Below are positions 36,801 through 45,961 of a DNA stretch of 56,662 nucleotides, piece after piece. The notes below the pieces were generated by a model. The model saw nothing but the letters and a program-made list of their open reading frames with translations. It searched no databases and was not told where the DNA came from. The stretch is from a virus (taxonomy: Duplodnaviria > Caudoviricetes): positions 1 to 56,662 of the IMG/VR virus record IMGVR_UViG_3300037634_002773; one strand, given 5' to 3'. Position 1 is the first letter of the stretch. Every line of letters begins with the position of its first letter. The translations under genes and the position numbers were made by a program.

Positions 36801-39800
36801 AGTATAAAGCCTAAAAACATTAGTGGATTTAAAAAAGCAGCTAATAAGCTCCAAAGATATGTAGATGACCATTATGGCAGTGAGAATGAACAGGCTGACA
36901 TGAACGCTGAAGAGGCTCAAAATGCTATTGATTCAATGGAGTCTATACTGGCAGAAAGAAATTTAGGATTTGATGATGACTTTAATATAGTAGATCTAGG
37001 TGTCGATGAGGTTGCCCCAGTGACAGAAGAGGCTGAAATGCTCGAAGAACCAAAGGCGACTATAGACCAGTTCAAGAAAATGTCTGATGTCAAGGTTTAC
37101 AAGTCATATCCTAAGTCTAATGGGAAAACTAGATATGGTGTAAAAACAGCTGGTGGAAAATGGAGCGCTATTTGGGCATTTAGTGAGGCAGAGGCTTATG
37201 ATATAGCATATCAGAAATCAGAATGGTCAGGCAAGGAAGCATTAACTCCAGCTCAAAAATCAAGTAGAGAGCGTTCTCGCGAGAGAAGAAAGGCGGAAGT
37301 AGAAGATACTCGTACTACAGAAGAAATAGAGGCTGAGAACTTAGCATTACAAGAAGAGATGGGTATTACTGAGACCAAGGAAGAAGCAGGTAAGGCTGAG
37401 CTACCTCAAGGCATGATTAAAGAAGAGATTGAGGGGATTGAAGAGATAGATGAGGTAGAAGCTAGAGAACAAAAAGCCATAGAAAGGTTAGAAAAAAGCA
37501 TAGGCGTTAAGAAGTTCTTCGATGACACTGATCCTAATTATAAGCTCACAGACAAGATAACCGATGCGGCTGTTGTTGGCGCAGGCATTATTAGGCGTGG
37601 TGCTAAAAACTTTAAACAGTTTAGCACTGAGATGGTTACTAAGATCGGCAAAGGGGTTAAGCCCTACCTCAAGAAGCTATATAATAATGCTAAGGCTTAT
37701 GTTAGAGAGTATATAAAGAATCCAAAGATTGGGGCTAGCATTCAAGTTGTACATGGTGGAGTAGCCTTTGAAGGGCCATTTAAAACATCTAAAATAGGCA
37801 CAGGGGAGGGCGCACAAGCATTTGGGCGTGGGCTATACTTTACTAATAAAGAGGAGATTGCGGAGCATTATGCGAGGGGGATAGGATATGATTGGATAGA
37901 GCCTACTGACCCTAAAAAGCTAAAAGAATTTAAAGCACTCCAGAAAAGAGAGTTAGAGCTAGAACTTAAGATAGAAGATTTAGAAGATGCACATGGTTAT
38001 GATCCCACTGCAGTTCCAAAAGAATTGAAAGCCCCAATAGAGGCTGAATTGGATTTAATTGAGAAGCAAATATCTGATATTGCGGTAAGGCCTGGAAATA
38101 AGATATACAAGGCCACTCTACATAAAGGGAAAAAACCCTCTGAATATGATTATATAACATGGGCGGATGAAGTTGCCCCAGGGCAGAGAGATAAAATAAA
38201 AAATACTGAATTTACTGATAAATGGGGAAACACTTATAACAAAGATAATCCATATTCATTAAGTAAGGGTATTCGGGGAATGGAGCTTTACAGGCAGCTT
38301 ACCTTAGAGCTTGGCTCTGATCAAAAAGCCTCTGAAGTTCTCTTACAGGCTGGTATAGACGGCATACGTTACCCAGCCCAAGGAATGACAGGCGGTAGAT
38401 TTGGTGAGAATGAAAACTTTGTAGTATTTGATGAGAGAGCTATAACTATTGAGGCAACTAGAGAACTGGGTGAAAAAGAATGGAAATCTCGTAGACCTCT
38501 TGCTCCAAAGCCAATAGACTTTAAGAACACTCCCTTGAAAAACAAGAATGATATTGTTTATACATATATATTTGATAAAGGTATAAGCAAGGCTGAGTTT
38601 ATTAAGGACTACACGTCTGTAGCTCCATCAAGAGAATCTAGAAAAGGTCTTAGCAGGGGAGAGTACAAGATAGAGCTATCTAAAATGTACGATAAAGGGA
38701 AGAAGGAATATAAAAAGGGGGTTACTAAGCTTGTTAAGAATGCTCAAACCAAACAAGGACTAAAGAAAACTCTTGAGTCTGGCAAACATATGATGGAATG
38801 GTATGACGGATTCTTTCCTTACATGCAGAAGAAGTTTGGTAAAGATGCTGGTTTAATTACAGACTTTATTGCCATCACCAGCCCACAGGCAAATCTTAAT
38901 GTTAATATAGGCTTTGGACTTAAGGCATACTCTCAGTATAAGCTAGGAGAAGAGTTCTCGGCTGGTAAGTATCCTAACGAGATGAGAAAGCGTCTTCTTA
39001 ATGCTGTAAAGAACCATGAACAGGGAACAAGTTTGCCGATAGGGGCGGATAAAATATCTAATTTCTCAAGAGCTCTTAAGGGAGATCCGAATGCTGTGGT
39101 GCTAGACCTATGGATGGCTAGAGAGCTTGGTATTAAGAAGACTCCCAGTTCAGAGGGTGAAGGGTTCACAGAGGCTCAATATAGAAGGTATGAAAAGATT
39201 ATTAAAGAGGTAGCCTTTGATATGGGAGTTACTCCTCGTCAAGCCCAGGCAGCTATATGGTTTGGTGTGAGAGAGGGGCACTCCCCAATGCACAAAGGGG
39301 ATCCAGGCGGTCTAGACTCAGTCACTTATGAGCAGATATTAGAAAGAATAATGCCAAACTTTACCTATACAGATAAGAATGGTAAAGAGCATAGCCTCAC
39401 AGATTTAAATAAATCAACAATTCAATATCTTAATGGCTCATTTGGACTGACTCCTGAGGCGTTAGACACAATAGGAAAAGCCTTAGTAGACACAGGGCGG
39501 TATGTTTACGACAATCTATCTCCATCAATGCAGAAGATGGGCGCTAGACTGGGTGTTAATACTCAAAACTTCAAATTAAAATTTGCTCAATTCAAGAACG
39601 ATGCCAAGGGCATGACCGACAATGCCAAGAGGTGGTTCAAGAAAGTGGTCGGCCAAATGAAAACATGGTTTAAAAAGAATGCTCAAAGCCTAATAGATTC
39701 TAAACCAGTCCAAAAAGCATATGACAGACTAGAAAACATGGTGGTTCTTAAAGCGGTTCCAGGGGGAGACGTACTAGCGGATGTAAGAAGCGCAATAGAG

Positions 39801-42602
39801 AAGGCTGAGGCTGAGGCTAAATCTAAGGGTGGAAAACAAAAAGAATCAAATGAGGAAGCCTATTGGAAGAAAGTAAGGGCAGGCAAGGTAAGTCCAAAAA
39901 TAGAGGCTGACAAGGTTTCTGGGAAAATATCTCAAGCATTTTACTTGTTATCAAGCAGATTAAAGAATGTTAAGGGCGGAATGGGATTGTTGAGAGTTCT
40001 GAGGAGGTATGAAGAGCACGCTTTAACAATAGAGAAAGATATGAGAAAGCTAGAGCCGTGGTTTAAGTTTCTACATAAAATAAAGCCTAGCAAGCTAAAG
40101 CCGTTTAGAGAGAAAGGGGATTGGAAAGAGTTAGAATTGGCCCTATTAAGAGGGAATACTGCTAAAATATTAGAGATAGTAAAAAAGCATGATAAAAAAT
40201 ATAATGCTGTAAGTGCCTATGAATCTATGAGAGAGGTTATGAATGAAGTCTATTATAGGGCTATAGGACTTGAAAAAGAAGAAAAGCTGGAATATGATGA
40301 GCTGGTTAAAAAATTATATGGAACAAAGGAGGTAGACTCTAAGACTGGTGAAGAGAAATCTGTTCCTGGCCTATATGGAACTATACCGTCTGATAATTGG
40401 ACTGCAGATAAAATAAAAGAATGGTTGGACGATAAAGGTGTTCAATATACTGCTAAAGATAAAAAAGAAGATCTTTTAAAATTAGCATCTAGCGCTAAGG
40501 GAATGAAGGGGAAGGCTAAAGAGTTGGAAGAGGCTGAGGAACGATTTAATAAATTAGATGAAAAAATTATTTATAACTTCCCATATTGGGGAAATGATGC
40601 AAGCGTGTACTACCCAAGAGACGTTACCGATCCTTTGAAGTATAATACCTATCTAGAGAACAGACTTAAAGAGAAAAAGGTAGATCAAGGCATGCTTGAT
40701 AAAATGCTGAAAGACTTGGCTGATAAGTATAATGTTTCCGTAGTTAATCTCCCAGAAGATGTTAAGGCGCAAGCCATAGATACATTTATAAGAACTGGAG
40801 GATCCTCTGTAAGGGGCATAAGGCCAGGCTTTATACAAGGCAGGGTAGTCGACATAAAGACAGAAGATGGTGTGACTGATGATATGGTAGGATTTTATGA
40901 GGATCCAATCACTTCTATCATGTCATATATACATACAATGAATGAGTCAATTGCTAGACAAAAATTATTTGGCAAGGGTGTAGATGTAGATAATTTTAAT
41001 AATGAGTCAAGTGTTGGGGCGTATGTAGCTGGATTGCTAGAAGCAGGCCAAATAGACCGTAAAGACCAAGCAGAAATAAAAGATATTTTTAGAGCAAGAT
41101 TTGCTAAAGATAGCAATGGGTTTTTTGCAAATTCACTGCAAAAACTTAGAAGTATTACATATATGACAACCCTTGTAGACATTTTTACAACCATGATGCA
41201 GGTTGGAGATCTCTTGACTGGCGCTGTCTATAGGGGGGTTGGTAACCCTATAATATTTACAAAATCTCTTTCAAAGGCTATCCTTGGTCAGATTCCAGGG
41301 ATTAACAGAATGATAAAGTCTCCTATAGATGCAAGGGAGTATGGTCTTATTAAGATATCGGCAGAGTATACTAATAAAGCAGATCCTTATTCAAAATTAT
41401 TAAATCAATTATTTAGAGCATCTGGGTTCTCAGCTTTAGATAGAATAGGCAAGGAAACATTAGTTAATACCGTAATAGAGAAAGCTAGAAAAGAGGCAAG
41501 GAAAGGTAAGTTTAGTAAAAATACTCAACTGCTTATAGATGATGCTTTTGGTAAAGACAGTGATAGAGCAAAAGATATAGTTGATGAGCTTAAAAGTACA
41601 GCTCCCCCTAGTGAAGATATAATATCTCTTGCATACTGGACTCTATTAGAGCATCAGCCAGTAGCCGAGTCAGAAATGCCAGCACTGTATTTAAAAAGTC
41701 CTGGCGCTAGGATGGCCTATCAGCTTAAAACATGGCAGTTAAAGCAGTTAAGCTTATGGAGATCAGAAACTATTGGGATGTGGAAAAAAGGCCAAAAGGT
41801 TCAAGCTATAAAAAATTCAGTGTTAATGACAACCCTCCTGGTGGCTGCGGGCGCTGGCCCAGATACATTAAGAGACTATCTACAGGGAAGGCCAATACAT
41901 TTAAAAGATTTCATGGTAGACAATATATTCAGGCTATTCGGCATAAGTAGGTATGGAGCAAGAAAGGCTGCCAAGGGAGATATAGCAGGATTTTTAGGAG
42001 GGTTTTTCCCTGCCGTAGGGACTATTGGAACCCCTATACAAGATATAGCCTATATAAATGACTGGCTAAAGTATTCAAGAGATCCAATTAGGTATAGGGC
42101 GGAAACGGGCAGAAAGAAACCTGTTGATTCTGGGATGTATGGCGTAAGCTCTTTAAGGATGGTTCCATTGGTTGGGAAGCCCTTCTATTATGGCTTAGCC
42201 TATCCTAGCGTGCCAAAGAGTATGAGTGAGCTAAAAGACCTAGCAACAGGCGTTCCTAAAAGAATAAATAAAAACACTAAAATTAATCCCAAGGTAGCGG
42301 AAAGAAATTATTTTCTTGTAGAAGGGTGGAGGGGTCGTAAGCAAATACTAAAAAGACAGCATACATATTATGATAACTTACTAAAACAGATCACTGTTAA
42401 AAACCTAAAGCGCCCTGCCAATAAGCAGATACCATGGCCCGATAATGCTATAAGCTTTAGGACTCAAGCGTCTCTTGAATTGGCCAATATTAAAATGCAG
42501 GAAAATTTAGAAAATGGATGGTGGATAAATACGATGAAGAAAATAGAAGAGGCTATGCCAGTGGATCCATTCAGTATACCGACATTCACAGTAAGAGATT
42601 AA
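33855..42602 (+). CDS. 2,915-aa polyvalent injected protein (lysozyme-like, SAP, GNAT, ART-like, HhH-like, HeH domains)
   Basis: AESSGN...DVSLHGIN..W; SAP DLKSELKTRDLSRAGKKADLVARL; GNAT KRERGIGSRLL; HGG...GEGAQAFGRGLYFT; AITSPQ...AVVLDLWMAR...QAAIW; WTADKIKEWLDDKGV...KKEDLL. Confidence 0.8.
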   Translation: MSYEDFLNQYSPQTEVDTLSPFDQFLIDQQLREQKEKEERLRLEEENRIKEAERKAAEVEAARVPENPTFDEVEKYMIFAESSGNKDSVKVNDDETMDVSLHGINERWINQFPTSGKKDPKNNGIKPWNEQKDGTLDPVYAMVHNYMREQIPTWDSVSDSSRLEIVKDEVYSRPIAKFIHDYRGPKQWSSYNRFMEAYQTDLRSQSVDSLATGALQGNNPTLDDIASKINLDTTAVAESSGIAPIDVRSEDEKWEDRIAEAQREKTFFDAVSKYANDPVRLVPFLNTSSDVKEIIDITSIMGRVDKATEDGIEPSREDMLKLYEYQQANQSEKSFGYKVGTVLGELPAFAGEIGLTGGVYSAGKKATLTAGKVMIKKALGKEARDKTAKYLAKHKMLDGTLKFGAKSAAAIAGATMQTTFNEGIKEVGAWATDDFLPGGRIRLGMKEHMMGTLPITMEESGELEAAVFTEGDDFNEAFAKSATDLWIEMVSERSGGAFPKIGSVARKWAIKQGILKNFLKLNPTKKAKDFNKLLDRVGWNGMLGEMAEERIGEVGRGIAYEVGIEDEGFKYKLPTMEQLAVEVVAFSIPGVGIAMTQGLFGKTGENKDPIVEFDLNDPAEVKKAIKAQGLTVEVVENEGAWDVNTYIGETLIDQSTGHEDKKNADAVAESMEKDLSHFANAKEVEFEGERPPIMEEEGTTVEAKPWFQEKAEEGRAMVKAAEDMAGAVPTSEQITESLEQVYGEEAVTGEAPVKPVVEEKQDYNKMVIKDLKSELKTRDLSRAGKKADLVARLQEADKEVAPVVEPVVEEEAPKIVNDIKYTTLSLPEGKVVIGEYAKDMAGKKKGDTFIDEIKVDKDKRERGIGSRLLQSALEKHPNITGQASNDAAVKMNYKLGMRAFDSKGNALTLEQTLQKRKEQTSVGMRLTEETAPVTEEAPVAPDIKQQDLDTRVNTELTEDESTQVYLDDIRNGKTGKPLAWVKSIKPKNISGFKKAANKLQRYVDDHYGSENEQADMNAEEAQNAIDSMESILAERNLGFDDDFNIVDLGVDEVAPVTEEAEMLEEPKATIDQFKKMSDVKVYKSYPKSNGKTRYGVKTAGGKWSAIWAFSEAEAYDIAYQKSEWSGKEALTPAQKSSRERSRERRKAEVEDTRTTEEIEAENLALQEEMGITETKEEAGKAELPQGMIKEEIEGIEEIDEVEAREQKAIERLEKSIGVKKFFDDTDPNYKLTDKITDAAVVGAGIIRRGAKNFKQFSTEMVTKIGKGVKPYLKKLYNNAKAYVREYIKNPKIGASIQVVHGGVAFEGPFKTSKIGTGEGAQAFGRGLYFTNKEEIAEHYARGIGYDWIEPTDPKKLKEFKALQKRELELELKIEDLEDAHGYDPTAVPKELKAPIEAELDLIEKQISDIAVRPGNKIYKATLHKGKKPSEYDYITWADEVAPGQRDKIKNTEFTDKWGNTYNKDNPYSLSKGIRGMELYRQLTLELGSDQKASEVLLQAGIDGIRYPAQGMTGGRFGENENFVVFDERAITIEATRELGEKEWKSRRPLAPKPIDFKNTPLKNKNDIVYTYIFDKGISKAEFIKDYTSVAPSRESRKGLSRGEYKIELSKMYDKGKKEYKKGVTKLVKNAQTKQGLKKTLESGKHMMEWYDGFFPYMQKKFGKDAGLITDFIAITSPQANLNVNIGFGLKAYSQYKLGEEFSAGKYPNEMRKRLLNAVKNHEQGTSLPIGADKISNFSRALKGDPNAVVLDLWMARELGIKKTPSSEGEGFTEAQYRRYEKIIKEVAFDMGVTPRQAQAAIWFGVREGHSPMHKGDPGGLDSVTYEQILERIMPNFTYTDKNGKEHSLTDLNKSTIQYLNGSFGLTPEALDTIGKALVDTGRYVYDNLSPSMQKMGARLGVNTQNFKLKFAQFKNDAKGMTDNAKRWFKKVVGQMKTWFKKNAQSLIDSKPVQKAYDRLENMVVLKAVPGGDVLADVRSAIEKAEAEAKSKGGKQKESNEEAYWKKVRAGKVSPKIEADKVSGKISQAFYLLSSRLKNVKGGMGLLRVLRRYEEHALTIEKDMRKLEPWFKFLHKIKPSKLKPFREKGDWKELELALLRGNTAKILEIVKKHDKKYNAVSAYESMREVMNEVYYRAIGLEKEEKLEYDELVKKLYGTKEVDSKTGEEKSVPGLYGTIPSDNWTADKIKEWLDDKGVQYTAKDKKEDLLKLASSAKGMKGKAKELEEAEERFNKLDEKIIYNFPYWGNDASVYYPRDVTDPLKYNTYLENRLKEKKVDQGMLDKMLKDLADKYNVSVVNLPEDVKAQAIDTFIRTGGSSVRGIRPGFIQGRVVDIKTEDGVTDDMVGFYEDPITSIMSYIHTMNESIARQKLFGKGVDVDNFNNESSVGAYVAGLLEAGQIDRKDQAEIKDIFRARFAKDSNGFFANSLQKLRSITYMTTLVDIFTTMMQVGDLLTGAVYRGVGNPIIFTKSLSKAILGQIPGINRMIKSPIDAREYGLIKISAEYTNKADPYSKLLNQLFRASGFSALDRIGKETLVNTVIEKARKEARKGKFSKNTQLLIDDAFGKDSDRAKDIVDELKSTAPPSEDIISLAYWTLLEHQPVAESEMPALYLKSPGARMAYQLKTWQLKQLSLWRSETIGMWKKGQKVQAIKNSVLMTTLLVAAGAGPDTLRDYLQGRPIHLKDFMVDNIFRLFGISRYGARKAAKGDIAGFLGGFFPAVGTIGTPIQDIAYINDWLKYSRDPIRYRAETGRKKPVDSGMYGVSSLRMVPLVGKPFYYGLAYPSVPKSMSELKDLATGVPKRINKNTKINPKVAERNYFLVEGWRGRKQILKRQHTYYDNLLKQITVKNLKRPANKQIPWPDNAISFRTQASLELANIKMQENLENGWWINTMKKIEEAMPVDPFSIPTFTVRD

Positions 42603-42992
42603 TTAAACGTCTTCAGGCTCCTTAATATACATATTTGCAAACTCAGCAGCCCATCTTATAATCTTATTAATATACTCAGTGAAGTCTTCTTGACTCATTC
42701 CCATAGTAGATTTGACTTCAAATTTGTCCTTGAGCGCCTCATGTAACTCCTGCTTAGTATAACCCTGAAACATCTCATTAGATAGCAGAGAGCCCTCTTT
42801 TGAAGGGCTCCCAATTACTTGTCCCCAGTAGTAGCTGTTCTGCAACTGGGTTCTATTTACGACCTCTTTAACCTCAATCTCTAGCATAGTATCTACATCA
42901 AACTCTCCTAGAAATCTATCAAAGCCCTCTCTATTTAATATTCTAAGCTTATACGGTTCGTCTATTACTGCCCTGAATGACTTATGCTTCAC
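42603..42992 (-). CDS. NinB-like protein
   Basis: RTQLQNSYYWG...HEALK...STMGMSQEDFTEYI..I..WAAE. Confidence 0.65.
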   Translation of the reverse strand: MKHKSFRAVIDEPYKLRILNREGFDRFLGEFDVDTMLEIEVKEVVNRTQLQNSYYWGQVIGSPSKEGSLLSNEMFQGYTKQELHEALKDKFEVKSTMGMSQEDFTEYINKIIRWAAEFANMYIKEPEDV

Positions 42993-43323
42993 CTATCTCT
43001 GGAGAGTCCACTACACTTACTGGAACTCCCATATCTTTTAATAGGGTGCTTCTGAACTTGCCAACCTTCTTGTCTTTGAGGCCCATTATAGTATTAAATA
43101 GATCCTCGTCTTTGAGATCCATATCTCCAAACATGCACTCAAGCGCAAAGCCACAGAGAGCCTGCATCTCATCCGAGGTATCTTCATCCCCAGCCTTTGT
43201 CTTCATTCTAAATATATTAAGAACAATTTCAAAGCATGCTAGATTGTGAACCTTCTCTTCAAACGTGGTTTTACCATCTTTTGGCATCTTCCATTCAAAA
43301 TTCATATTGGCTCCTTTAATCAA
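42982..43323 (-). CDS. Hypothetical protein
   Basis: ORF in operon; SD AAGGAG favours the second Met. Confidence 0.7.
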   Translation of the reverse strand: MIKGANMNFEWKMPKDGKTTFEEKVHNLACFEIVLNIFRMKTKAGDEDTSDEMQALCGFALECMFGDMDLKDEDLFNTIMGLKDKKVGKFRSTLLKDMGVPVSVVDSPEIGEA

Positions 43324-43597
43324 CGAAATATGACACTATAAGTTGGTGGGCGTCTTTCCATATATTAATTCTATACTTGTTCTGGAACTTCTCATTCCCA
43401 AGACTACCTCTTTCAGTATGGTGACCACGGCAGAGTGGTATACAGCTAAAGTCTTTCTTTGTGTTCGTAACTGTACCACCCTTGCCTGCCCCGCCCATTC
43501 CTCTAGCCTCCAAGTGATCTGGATCAACTGGGAACTTGCCACATACTCTGCAGCCGTTAGAGCGAATGTACTTAATATAGTCTTTGGTATCAACCAA
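43316..43597 (-). CDS. DUF968/HNH-like Zn-binding protein
   Basis: CRVCG...DPDH...CIPLCRGHHTE. Confidence 0.75.
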   Translation of the reverse strand: MVDTKDYIKYIRSNGCRVCGKFPVDPDHLEARGMGGAGKGGTVTNTKKDFSCIPLCRGHHTERGSLGNEKFQNKYRINIWKDAHQLIVSYFVD

Positions 43598-43802
43598 GGC
43601 CTAGTCTCGATTCTACTTTCTTAGTTCTGAGTCCGAGCTCGTCAAGATACTCATTGGTACTGTCAAGAGCGCTTAAAACGCCATCAATATCATTCTCTGC
43701 TTTCTCTATCCTCAATAGTATGTCGTCAATATAGGTCGTGCTTATTGCAGTCTCTTTCTTATCAACGCCATTCTTTACTTTAGGTGTAGCCTTTCCAGCC
43801 AT
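43590..43802 (-). CDS. Small coiled-coil protein
   Basis: AAGGAG SD; overlaps neighbours. Confidence 0.7.
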   Translation of the reverse strand: MAGKATPKVKNGVDKKETAISTTYIDDILLRIEKAENDIDGVLSALDSTNEYLDELGLRTKKVESRLGLG

Positions 43803-43912
43803 GTTAATTTCTCCTTTTTAGTGTTTTGTTCATGTGCTTCTGCTTCTTTTTCATATAGAAATTTCTTGCCGTCAGATGTAATCCAGACAGTATCGAGTTC
43901 TTTCGATATCAT
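43775..43912 (-). CDS. Small protein, 45 aa
   Basis: MISKELDTVWITSDGKKFLYEKEAEAHE...; fills the gap. Confidence 0.5.
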   Translation of the reverse strand: MISKELDTVWITSDGKKFLYEKEAEAHEQNTKKEKLTWLERLHLK

Positions 43913-43949
43913 GTAGTTCCCTTTTAAAGTAGGAGGTGGAATTTAAGAA

Positions 43950-44348
43950 TTATTCTGGAAAGTTCCAGTACTCTATTTCAACTAAACCCTCTTCTGCATA
44001 GACCTTCGTAGCCTCCAGAGCGCAGACAATTGAGTCGTCTCTCCAGAAGGCTCCAGTCATAGCATCTAAGTAAAACTTGACGATATTATCTATGTCTGGT
44101 TTAGATGTATGGAGCTTGGGTGCATCGGTTTTTAGTAAGTGAGAGTAGCGTCCCGTTCTATAGTGAGATTTTGGTCTAGGCATGTTGAATATCATCGAAA
44201 CGGATAAAGCTCCTTCTAGGGGGTGTTTTGGCTCAAATTTAGCACATTCCTTTCTAAACTTCTCCTTGTCTTTAGATGATGGGTCATACATGAAGACTCT
44301 ATTGCCAGCCCTTCTTGCTTTGTGGCGTTGTTGTGATAGTGGTCTCAT
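43950..44348 (-). CDS. rusA: RusA Holliday junction resolvase (alternative start 44411)
   Basis: KPDIDNIVKFYLDAM...WRDDSIV; GGAGG SD before ATG 44348. Confidence 0.9.
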   Translation of the reverse strand: MRPLSQQRHKARRAGNRVFMYDPSSKDKEKFRKECAKFEPKHPLEGALSVSMIFNMPRPKSHYRTGRYSHLLKTDAPKLHTSKPDIDNIVKFYLDAMTGAFWRDDSIVCALEATKVYAEEGLVEIEYWNFPE

Positions 44349-44349
44349 C

Positions 44350-44721
44350 TTAACCTCCAGAACTCCAGATTGTTGTTTGGGTTTCCTCTTGGGTCTTTCT
44401 TTCCTCTGCATGCCTGAGGCCTTCCCTGACTTCGCTTTGCTTTGCTTTTCTCGATTCATACTTCCTTCCACGAGTGGTTGGATAAAGCTCTTGACACTTC
44501 CTCCGTGCTCGTCTTATGGTTTCTGCCTTAGATATCGTACCCTTGGTTATATCGCCAAGATATTCAACCCATGACCTTTGTTGTAAGTTGTACTCCATTC
44601 CCTTTTTTCTGTACTCATTGTAGTGAATGACCTTCTGTAGGAGAATGTCGTTATCTCGTGCCTCTTGATTACTTTCCAGGACATACTTTACCATTTCAAT
44701 CATATTGCTGAGGTCAGCCAT
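44350..44721 (-). CDS. Hypothetical DNA-binding-like protein
   Basis: VKYVLE...RDNDILL...ETIRRARRKCQE. Confidence 0.7.
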   Translation of the reverse strand: MADLSNMIEMVKYVLESNQEARDNDILLQKVIHYNEYRKKGMEYNLQQRSWVEYLGDITKGTISKAETIRRARRKCQELYPTTRGRKYESRKAKQSEVREGLRHAEERKTQEETQTTIWSSGG

Positions 44722-44915
44722 TAAAACTGTTCCTTGTATACGATTGTGGTAACCGTGTCCTTACACCAGCTCAGTATAGCTTGAACTAGCGCTGGATTAG
44801 CATCATTTGTTATTACTGCCCTGGATATCATCTCGTGTACTTTTGCTGTGTCTTGTCTCATACTTACTCCTTTTATTTTATCGTTCATCTTTTCCTTTAC
44901 ATCTGGGACACTCAA
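44721..44915 (-). CDS. Hypothetical protein
   Basis: Coupled ORF; true start may be the second Met. Confidence 0.6.
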   Translation of the reverse strand: MSVPDVKEKMNDKIKGVSMRQDTAKVHEMISRAVITNDANPALVQAILSWCKDTVTTIVYKEQF

Positions 44916-45135
44916 CTTCTTTTAATTTATATGTGGGAAAATCATCATAATATACGGGGACGCGCTTTTTTCCAATAAGTCCATACTCCCAAGCTGTATC
45001 ACACTCAGGACACATCGCTACTGAGAAGTCTCCATAACTATAATTGTTCACCTCCCCAGGCGCCTTTTCTGGGGGGCTAAAATAATAATTAGGTATCCAC
45101 CATATCCTTTTTTTGTCTTTTTTTCCCAAATTCAA
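44878..45135 (-). CDS. Zn-ribbon protein
   Basis: CPEC...CPRC. Confidence 0.7.
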   Translation of the reverse strand: MNLGKKDKKRIWWIPNYYFSPPEKAPGEVNNYSYGDFSVAMCPECDTAWEYGLIGKKRVPVYYDDFPTYKLKEVECPRCKGKDER

Positions 45136-45527
45136 ACATCGTCTCTCTTCCCCTCCTTTTTATCAAAATGATAAAACACTTCCATTAGTCTAACCACATC
45201 TCTCTTTGATATTGTTATATCGTATCCATCAACAGATATGTTGACAGAATTAAGCACAACCACAGACTCACTGACTACAGTGGCCTCCTCTTCATGTGGC
45301 ATCTCGGCCCCTAATATGGTTGGCACTTGCTTAAGTTTAGCATTCTTTTCTCTTATCTCGACCATCTCTTGCTTAAAGCCAGACAGTTCCCTCATTCTCT
45401 CTTGATATTCCATTACCCAACGCCTCAATGCGGATAACGACATACCATATTTTCTTGACGTTTCAGACAGCGCCTGTCCATTGACACACTCTTTAACTGC
45501 CTGATTCTTGAAGCTCTGGTCGTACAT
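45132..45527 (-). CDS. HTH protein with an IS3 OrfA-like N-terminus
   Basis: MYDQSFKNQAV...SETSRKYGMSLSALRRWV; GAGGAGG SD before 45527. Confidence 0.75.
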   Translation of the reverse strand: MYDQSFKNQAVKECVNGQALSETSRKYGMSLSALRRWVMEYQERMRELSGFKQEMVEIREKNAKLKQVPTILGAEMPHEEEATVVSESVVVLNSVNISVDGYDITISKRDVVRLMEVFYHFDKKEGKRDDV

Positions 45528-45717
45528 CTTCAGCCTCCTCATTTTGTTTCGTAATAAATTCCCTGATCTTATCACTATCACCGTTCATCTCTATGTAGTG
45601 GGATAGCGTCATAAATAATGTGTCGATAGCATGGTTTTGCTTTTGTATTTCCATCATAAGTATGTCAGTCCTCTTCTCTAGCTCCTTATTATTACTAGGC
45701 TTTCTTTTAGTCTTCAT
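45493..45717 (-). CDS. Hypothetical protein
   Basis: GAGG SD; overlap-coupled. Confidence 0.65.
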   Translation of the reverse strand: MKTKRKPSNNKELEKRTDILMMEIQKQNHAIDTLFMTLSHYIEMNGDSDKIREFITKQNEEAEDVRPELQESGS

Positions 45718-45961
45718 CTTCTGTCCTCGTTAAAAAGCAGGGTGTGTTCTCTCCAACATAAGCACCAGCTGTGTTAAAATAAAAATATTCCACAGCCTCT
45801 TCATGCGTCATGTCCTTGGCTAATATTTCTATACATTTATCTTTGTCATAACAGGCTATACTGGGCATGCCTGCTCTTTCGATAAAGCCGACAAGCGCAT
45901 CATCAAATCCGTCGGCAAACAACATCTCCTCATTCGCCTCAGCCACCGCTTCTCTATTCAT
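45707..45961 (-). CDS. Conserved phage hypothetical protein
   Basis: LFADGFDDALVG...EEAVEYFYFN..GAYVGENTP. Confidence 0.75.
   Translation of the reverse strand: MNREAVAEANEEMLFADGFDDALVGFIERAGMPSIACYDKDKCIEILAKDMTHEEAVEYFYFNTAGAYVGENTPCFLTRTEDED

Noticed and set aside
45132-45581. Insertion sequence
   Set aside because: HTH only; no DDE domain, terminal inverted repeats or target duplication
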